DNA from: Cladosporium halotolerans | Lineage: Eukaryota | Direction of reading: 5' to 3' | Assembly: GCF_011745625.1 (NCBI RefSeq) | Contig: NW_027191474.1 | Coordinates: 310,001-374,000 of the forward strand | Length of the DNA stretch: 64,000 nt | Notes under the pieces: generated by a model | Seen by the model: the letters and a program-made list of their open reading frames with translations, nothing else | Database searches by the model: none | Told to the model about the DNA's origin: nothing | Translations under genes and position numbers: made by a program | In this document: one piece after another, positions 57,432-64,000 of the stretch | Numbering within the stretch: position 1 is the stretch's first letter | How the letters are laid out: the number at the start of each line of letters is the position of its first letter

Positions 57432-58421
57432 TCAGGGCAGCTTCTCAGCTTCCTCCAGAAGCTCCTCAACCTTGAAGCCGGCGTCGCCACCGCTGAACTG
57501 CTCCATGAGCTTCTGTCTCTTCTCCTTGCTCTGCTGGGCCGTCGCGGAGAGAGCCTCGAAGCCGTAGAACTTCTGCAGGCACATCAACAGCCACTTGCCC
57601 TCGTCCACGCTGATACCACGGTCCTCAGACACGCGACCCTCCATCAAGACGAGCTCGTTGCTGCCGACAAGATCGGTGTGATGTGTCACAGTGGTGTGCG
57701 GCTGCGCGAACTCGCCACGCAGCTTGAACTCGGCGAGATGTGTGAACAGAACGGTTGCCGTCGTCTCGGAGGGGAAGGTCCACTGCAGGAAGTGGATCTC
57801 GGCGCCCTGGTCTTTCCTGGGAAGAGGGAGAATGAACTGCGGGTGCTTGCGGGCGGTAGCGGCGATGCGGCGGAAAGTCTCGGCGTGCATTGTCGCGCAG
57901 AGAGACTGCGGGTCGCGGACATGGCGCAGGCGCCAGATGGCCTCGACTTCGCGGTCAGGCAGGGCAGAGACCTTCTCCACGTCGATGAAGCTGTCGAGCG
58001 TCTTGACTTCCTTGCTCTTGCTCTTGGGGACCGATGCGGCAGACTGAGCAGGGGCTTCCATCTGAGGCTCCGGAGGCGGTGGTGCCTGGTAGGGTACACT
58101 CGAAGCGGTTTGGCTAGGTGCAGGCGGCTGCTGGGCGTGAAGAGGCGCATTCGCACCGGGCACTTCGGCCTTCTCCTTCAGCGCATCGATCTTTTCCTTG
58201 TACGACTGCTTGAGCTCGTCGACGCTGCCCTTGCCCTCCTCGCGAGCCTTCTTCTCCAGCTTCTCGCGGTACTTGTCGAGGACCTTGTCGGCGGTCTGGT
58301 GGGTGGCCAGGAAGCGCACATCGTGGACCTGGGCCCAGCGGCGCTGGTACAGGCGGAATGGCGCAGAGGTAGACCAGGCGGTACGGCGCAGGATCGGCGC
58401 CGCGTTGTTGACGGCGGCCAT
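57432..58421 (-). CDS. ATP11: Mitochondrial F1-ATPase assembly factor
   Basis: Presequence-like N-terminus; KYREKLEKKA, KTLDSFIDVEK, PQFILPLPR, EIHFLQW, LFTHLAEFKLRGEFAQPHTT, LQKFYG. Confidence 0.93.
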   Translation of the reverse strand: MAAVNNAAPILRRTAWSTSAPFRLYQRRWAQVHDVRFLATHQTADKVLDKYREKLEKKAREEGKGSVDELKQSYKEKIDALKEKAEVPGANAPLHAQQPPAPSQTASSVPYQAPPPPEPQMEAPAQSAASVPKSKSKEVKTLDSFIDVEKVSALPDREVEAIWRLRHVRDPQSLCATMHAETFRRIAATARKHPQFILPLPRKDQGAEIHFLQWTFPSETTATVLFTHLAEFKLRGEFAQPHTTVTHHTDLVGSNELVLMEGRVSEDRGISVDEGKWLLMCLQKFYGFEALSATAQQSKEKRQKLMEQFSGGDAGFKVEELLEEAEKLP

Positions 58422-58940
58422 GTCGAAGTCGGTCCAGCGCTGCATCAACGGTGGACGAATGGCTTGGTGCCGGCCTGGAGTGCTCGAGATGCTGGACCAG
58501 GCTCGGGATTGTGCCGCGGACAGGCTGCTGCACGTGCTGCGGCTCTTCGCTTACCCTGACCCTAGCGCTAGCCCTGGAGGAGATGAGCCCCGCAGATGTG
58601 TTGCTGCCTTGCTGCCTTACTTGGTGTCGCATGCGCGGCCCCGCGCTCCAGGTGCGGGAAGGCTCCGCGACCGCTGCCGGTGGTGGAGTGCAGGTGGGGA
58701 TGACAACGGTCGCGCTTCGGTGACGGCTCGGACAACCGACGATGGCGTAGATAGAGGGCCGCTGCGTGCCGAGTACCGTGTTGCAAGATGTAATCCCTTT
58801 GCTTCTGCCGAGGCACAGATGCCCCGGTGGACGCCCTCGGCCATGGCTCTGCAATATGCCGCCCAGCCTCACCACCCAGTCGCTCTCTATACTCTTCAGG
58901 TCTATCATAGCTGCCAACACCAAGCGGATACGCCTCAATC

Positions 58941-60667
58941 ATGCCCACCGATTCAAGCTATGCGCCTGTAGACATCCCTGATGTTGGCATCTGGGACTTC
59001 CTGTTCGAAAGGAATGACCGCGACTTTCCTGACGACAAAGGTGAGGGAGACCCAGACTATTCCATCGTTCCTTGCGGCGACTAACGGCAGCGTCCACAGT
59101 CATCTATGTCGACCCTTACACCGAACGATCCTACACGTATGCCCAGGTGAAGCAATCCGCAGCCGATCTGGGCAAAGGCCTGAAAAGCAGCTGGGAATGG
59201 AAGAAGGGCGACGTCCTTGCTCTCTACACACCAAACTGCATCGACACACCGATCGTGACATGGGGAACCATCTGGGCGGGCGGCATTGTCTCGCCTGCCA
59301 ACCCGGGGTACAGCGTCGAAGAACTAGCCTTTCAGCTCAAGGATAGCGGCGCAAAGGGTCTCGTCACCCAGTGGGATCAGCTGGAGGTGGCCACCAAGGC
59401 TGCACAGGAAGCAGGTATTCCGGACGAGCGAATCATCTTGATTGGAGACAAGAGAGACCCCAGCGCTCGTTTCAAGCACTTCACGTCGATCCGCAACATC
59501 GCTGGCACGTCACGCTACCGTCGAACCAAGGTCGATTCGGACAAAGACCTGGCCTTCTTGGTCTACTCGTCAGGCACCACTGGCCTCCCCAAGGGTGTTA
59601 TGCTGAGCCACCGCAACATTGTGGCAAACAACCTCCAGCTCAGAGCCGGCGAATCGACAAATCTCAGCTGGAAGCCAAGACCAGATGCTCCCAACGGCGA
59701 CAGCGTTCTTGCTTTCCTTCCCTTCTTCCACATCTATGGGCTCACCTGTCTCTTGCACCAAAGCATATATGCGGGTTTCAAGTGCCTTGTCATGCCCAAG
59801 TTCGACATTGAGGCATGGTGCAAGTTCGTCCAAAACTACAAGATCACGTACTCCTACGTCGTGCCTCCCGTTGTCCTGCTTCTGTCCAAGCACCCTTGCG
59901 TCGACAAGTACGATCTCAGTAGCATCCGCATGATGAACTCCGGCGCAGCACCGCTCACTCGGGAGCTCGTCGACGCCGTGTTTAAGCGCAAGGGACTGAA
60001 GGTCAAGCAAGGGTACGGCTTGAGCGAGACCTCTCCTACGACCCACACTCAGCCGTGGTCCTCTTGGTACGACACAATCGGCTCCGTCGGAACACTGCTT
60101 CCTAATCTGACGGCCAAATACATGGGTCCAGACGAGACGGAGCTGCCTGCCGGCCAGGTCGGTGAGCTATGGATCAAGGGGCCCAACATCTTCAAGGGAT
60201 ACCACAACAACCCGGAAGGCACGCGCAATGCCTTGACCGACGATGGATACTTCAAGACTGGAGACGTTGGCTACCAGGATGCCGATGGCAACTTCTTCAT
60301 CACCGACCGCATCAAGGAGCTGATCAAATACAAGGGCTTCCAAGTCCCGCCTGCAGAGCTGGAAGGCATCCTCATTTCGCATCCCAGTATCTCCGATGTG
60401 GCTGTCATTGGTGTACACAAGGAAGAGTTGGCGACCGAAGTCCCTCTGGCATACGTCGTGCCGAAGGAGGGCAAGGGCTCGAAGGAGCTGGAAGCAGAGA
60501 TCGTGGAGTGGCTGGGCAAGAAGGTGGCGAACCACAAGAAGCTTAGAGGAGGCGTGAGGTTCACAGACGAGATCCCGAAGAGTGTGAGCGGAAAGATTTT
60601 GAGGCGAGTGCTGAAGGACAGGATGAAGGCGGAGCTGGAGAACGGCCCCGTCAAGGCGAAGCTCTAG
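58941..60667 (+). CDS. 4-coumarate-CoA-ligase-like AMP-binding enzyme with PTS1 (-AKL); intron 59041-59099
   Basis: YSSGTTGLPKGV, LPFFHIYG, QGYGLSETSP, FKTGD, DRIKELIKYKGFQVPPAELE, IPKSVSGKILRR, C-terminal AKL. Confidence 0.93.
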
Positions 60668-61090
60668 AGGGCTTTCACTCTCATAACTCACACAAGCCCA
60701 TGTAATAGAAAGTAACACCAAGATTATCAATCATATCTTGACGCCCGTAGAGATATGCACACTCATGTAATAGAAGAGGCACCTCTTGTACCGTCAGAGA
60801 TGGCTGCATTTATCACCAATTACGCGCATGTCTCGGACCCGACCTTCCCCATAAACAACCCCACTCTGCCTCGCGCAACGGCCAGCAGCGCCGACGCCAG
60901 CCAAACAAGCTCGGCAGGGCTGCGCGACCCAGCCAGCGCGCCAGCCACCGCGGCCTCCTGCAGCTCCGCGCTCGCGCATCTCACACCGTCACCTCGCAGC
61001 TTTGTCCTCACAACACCCACAAGCTCCTCCCGCACGCACGGAAACACTTCTCACTCTCGACGCCCGGGCGTCGATGCGGCCGCCGTGAAT

Positions 61091-62605
61091 ATGGCGAACG
61101 ACCGAGCGCAGCGTTCCCGCCGCCCACTCTACGCGCCTCCCGCGACCGGCCGTCAACAAAGCACCCTCGGCTACTGGGTGCCCCTGATCACAATCAGCAC
61201 GATCGCAATCGGAGGCCTGGCAGCATGGATCTGGTCTGAGAGGAGCGACAGTGACGAGGACGACCGTCCGCACCACGACAAGCCGCCGCGCCCGTCCACG
61301 GGCCTGGGCGGCGCCTACCCGACTCAAGGCGCGCAGCCGTATCCTGGTCCGCCTCCGCCTGAAGGCCACCCTCCTGGATCCCAGCAGAATGTGAACATGC
61401 CGCCTTACGAAGGGCCCGTCCCGAGCCAGAGTGGAGGTCCGCAGGGTGGGCCTCCGCCCGTTGGCGGCGAGGCTGCCAGCTACTATGCTGGCCGAAGCGT
61501 TCATGGGGAGCAACGTCAGCAGCAAGAGGCTTCTTGGTACGGCCAGGTCAGAGGCGCCATCCGCCGTACGCCTTCCCCGCAGCAGTTCTTCGACTCTGCG
61601 TCGAAGCAGGTTGGCGCGGCTGCGGCTGCGGCTGGTGCGGCTCTCGGCAGCATCATGGAAGAGGACAAGGACGCCTACTACGAGGACGGCAGCCGGAGGC
61701 GTGAGAGGCGTGGCAGAGAGGGCGAGGGCGAAGTCTTCAGCGATCACGAGAGGTGGTCCGAGGAGGCAGAGGAGAAGACGCGTGTTGGTACCGTCGAGGC
61801 CGAAAGCGAGAAGAGGGCTGATGCTGCTCTCAGGAGCGCGAGAAGCGACAAAGGGCGGAGCAAGAGTAAGAAGACGGTCGCCGTCGTCGTCAGCGCAGAC
61901 ATCGGCAGCGATGGCTCTTACGACCACGACAGCGCGTACCAGACTGAGCATGCTGTGAGTTTCAGTGATGATCGCATAGCAACGAGCTGCACTAACACCT
62001 CCCAGTCCATCCTCTCCCACCTTCCCACTGAACACGACCCCAGTACCACCGACATGTTCGTCCTGATCTATGCCCCGACGCTTACTTCCTTGCCACCTCT
62101 CGACTACCAGCCTCCCGCGGCCGCCACCTCTGGCCTCGGCTCGTCCTATTCTCAGATCTCCACACCCGTCGTCACTCCCGGCAGCGAACTGCAATCGATT
62201 TCCCCTCGCATCTCACCTTCGGACTCATCCTACCCCAAGTCCTTCGACACACTGTACCAGCAGGCTCTCACCCTTGTATCTCAATCATCACACATTCTCC
62301 CCTTCACCACGGAGGGCGGCTACATCCAGATTCTCAAGCACCTCGCACCTCAGCTCGTATACGTCGCGGAATCGCTTTCCGGCTTCGACGGCGACAACGT
62401 CGCTCAACTGCGTGGCTGGGTCGGCAGGACCATCCTCGTTGCCGGCGAAGGACTCGCAGACACCGAGACCGAGGACGAGGGCACCAGAGACCGCCGTAGG
62501 TGGTACGAGAGGAGCTCGATGGTGGGTCTCGGCAAGGAGGTCGAGGTCGTCGATGCAGCGAGGGTTGGTGAGGATTGGGGCAAGAGGGTTGGCGGCAGGG
62601 ATTGA
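61091..62605 (+). CDS. Single-TM protein resembling filamentous-ascomycete Pex22-like (Fam1-type) peroxin; in-frame intron 61955-62005
   Basis: GYWVPLITISTIAIGGLAAWIWSER N-terminal TM, RRTPSPQQFFD, FSDHERWSEEAE, KTVAVVVSA, GLADTETED blocks; family call made from recall of the pattern. Confidence 0.6.
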   Translation: MANDRAQRSRRPLYAPPATGRQQSTLGYWVPLITISTIAIGGLAAWIWSERSDSDEDDRPHHDKPPRPSTGLGGAYPTQGAQPYPGPPPPEGHPPGSQQNVNMPPYEGPVPSQSGGPQGGPPPVGGEAASYYAGRSVHGEQRQQQEASWYGQVRGAIRRTPSPQQFFDSASKQVGAAAAAAGAALGSIMEEDKDAYYEDGSRRRERRGREGEGEVFSDHERWSEEAEEKTRVGTVEAESEKRADAALRSARSDKGRSKSKKTVAVVVSADIGSDGSYDHDSAYQTEHAVSFSDDRIATSCTNTSQSILSHLPTEHDPSTTDMFVLIYAPTLTSLPPLDYQPPAAATSGLGSSYSQISTPVVTPGSELQSISPRISPSDSSYPKSFDTLYQQALTLVSQSSHILPFTTEGGYIQILKHLAPQLVYVAESLSGFDGDNVAQLRGWVGRTILVAGEGLADTETEDEGTRDRRRWYERSSMVGLGKEVEVVDAARVGEDWGKRVGGRD

Positions 62606-62835
62606 GAGGTGTGGATTTGATTGACGGACGCGATGTTACCCAGGAAGCTACCAGCGCAGAAATAGCTTGGTCTGTGGCCACGAACTACATATATCGCAGA
62701 GTTCGAGAGAGGCTCGTCACGTTTTGCAGAAATTAATGGTATTATGTTTGATCTGGGTTTATCCACCATGTTCCCGATCCACGGCTCTTTAGGGGTTGGC
62801 TTTGTCCAACGGTGGTCTCCTGAAAACCTATGTAG

Positions 62836-64000
62836 TCATGTCAAGGAAGCGTTCGCTGAAACTCGAACCGTCTCGGCATGCCACACCAACTCCAGCCTAT
62901 CGCCAACCAGCTTGCTGTTAAACCACTCGCATATCTCGACGTCTCTGCCGATCGGGCTCGCGCCCTCCAGCAAATTCGTCCTAGCGATCGCTCGCAGCGC
63001 CAGCTGCAGTTCCAACTGCGCGAGATTCCTCGCAAGGCATCCTCGCTGCCCAAGCGAGAACGGAATCCAGTCTCTCTGCATCTGCGGCGAAGGCCCATCG
63101 AGCCATCTCTCCGGTTGGAATTTGAACGGATCGGGAAACACTTCTGGATTGAAGTGCAGAGTATGTAGTTGACAGCCGACCACGGTGTCTTCGGGCAGAT
63201 AGAAGCCGTTGAATGACCAGCCACCCTTGGGTACCACACGAGGGAGACGTGTAGGTGTCGACATGCCCATGCGGAGACCTTCGCGGACCACGGCGTCGAG
63301 GTATTTCAGGCTCTGGGGATTGTAGGATAATGATGGGTCTGTGGCGTCTGCGCTTGCCACTTCTTCGCGAAGGCGTTGGTAGCTGATGAAACGTCAGTGA
63401 ATCGGGAACAGTATCGATTACAGAGATTGATCTTACATCTGAGGCGATTTTGCCAGCCGCCAAATCAGCTTGCTCAAGTTCGTACCAGTCGAATCTGTGC
63501 CCGCGAACATCAAGTCCATGACTTGCACTGCGTTCTCATCGTCGCTCACGCCCGCCTTCTTCAGTCGACCTTGGAATGTGTCTTCATCCGGAGGTGTGTC
63601 TTTGACAATCCGTCGAGCGAACTCGTCCAGCTTTGCGCCGCCTGCTTCAGCTGCAGCATCTACGCTTGGAAAAAGTTTTGCATTCAACCAATTGACCGCA
63701 ACAAAGAGATAGTGTGGCAAGGAGAAGAAACGCCCCGTCTCCACCAGCATGTCAACGAACACACTGGCACTCAGACGACCCCCCTGCTCCTCAATCCCTC
63801 CATAAGGCGTACGAAACAGAAACGAGCTCACCGCATCCAAAGCAAGGCTCCTACTCAGATTGAGCACATCGACCGGCTCGCCCGTTCTTGCCTCCGACCG
63901 CACCCTCTCAACAAACCTCCCAACACACGCCTCGATCGCCGCCTGCCCAGCCCGTATGTTCGCAGTGCTGAACAACGGCGCGACAGCCTTGCTCCTCCGC
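62836..64000 (-). CDS. Cytochrome P450, 3' part; continues beyond the window; intron ~63383-63437
   Basis: AGTDST I-helix, EGLR (ExxR), FQPERW, FSLGQRGCLA heme-binding motif. Confidence 0.93.

Noticed and set aside
60699..60776. Direct repeat CATGTAATAGAA twice downstream of the CoA ligase
   Set aside because: Only two short copies in a 3' region; not a CRISPR-like or mobile-element structure
60755..61090. N-terminal 112-aa extension of the Pex22-like ORF, and the 27176-27370 extension of Cyp15
   Set aside because: Low-complexity open frames running through probable promoter/UTR sequence; downstream ATGs fit the recognisable protein starts better
58941..64000. CoA ligase plus P450 as a secondary-metabolite cluster
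   Set aside because: Separated by a Pex22-like gene and flanked by ATP11; no backbone synthase in the window (sequence beyond 64 kb not visible)

Overview
Eukaryotic, intron-containing DNA from a filamentous ascomycete. Evidence: GT-AG introns with CTRAC branch points, a Zn2Cys6 transcription factor and fungal NLR relics; a Dothideomycete is plausible but this is inference. About 30 protein-coding genes. Left end (1-10.7 kb): a compact five-gene catabolic-looking cluster (amino-acid permease, two DAO-family FAD oxidoreductases, a Zn2Cys6 regulator, a HAD hydrolase). Its three structural-gene promoters each carry the identical 13-bp CGG-rich element ACCGGCCCGGTCG plus GATA sites. 10.7-13.5 kb: decayed sequence (NACHT-WD40 NLR pseudogene, inverted STAND N-terminal fragment, DUF3505/OrsD relic). 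Middle: mostly conserved housekeeping genes (HOT13-like, GH79, SDR, URA6, GST, NF-X1, Cyp15, sPLA2, DnaJ, eIF2-gamma, SEC53, ADE16/17, BET2, RhoGAP); URA6 is preceded in frame by a separate mitochondrial-looking ORF only 18 nt away. 49-57 kb: an intact solo Copia-type gag ORF with no visible pol or LTRs, next to a sidG-estB-abcB-like siderophore module with SreA-type ATCTGATAA boxes. Right end: ATP11, a peroxisomal 4CL-like ligase, a Pex22-like protein and a partial P450. No rRNA, tRNA or CRISPR features were found. Family calls come from motif recognition by eye, not database searches; exon boundaries were read by eye.
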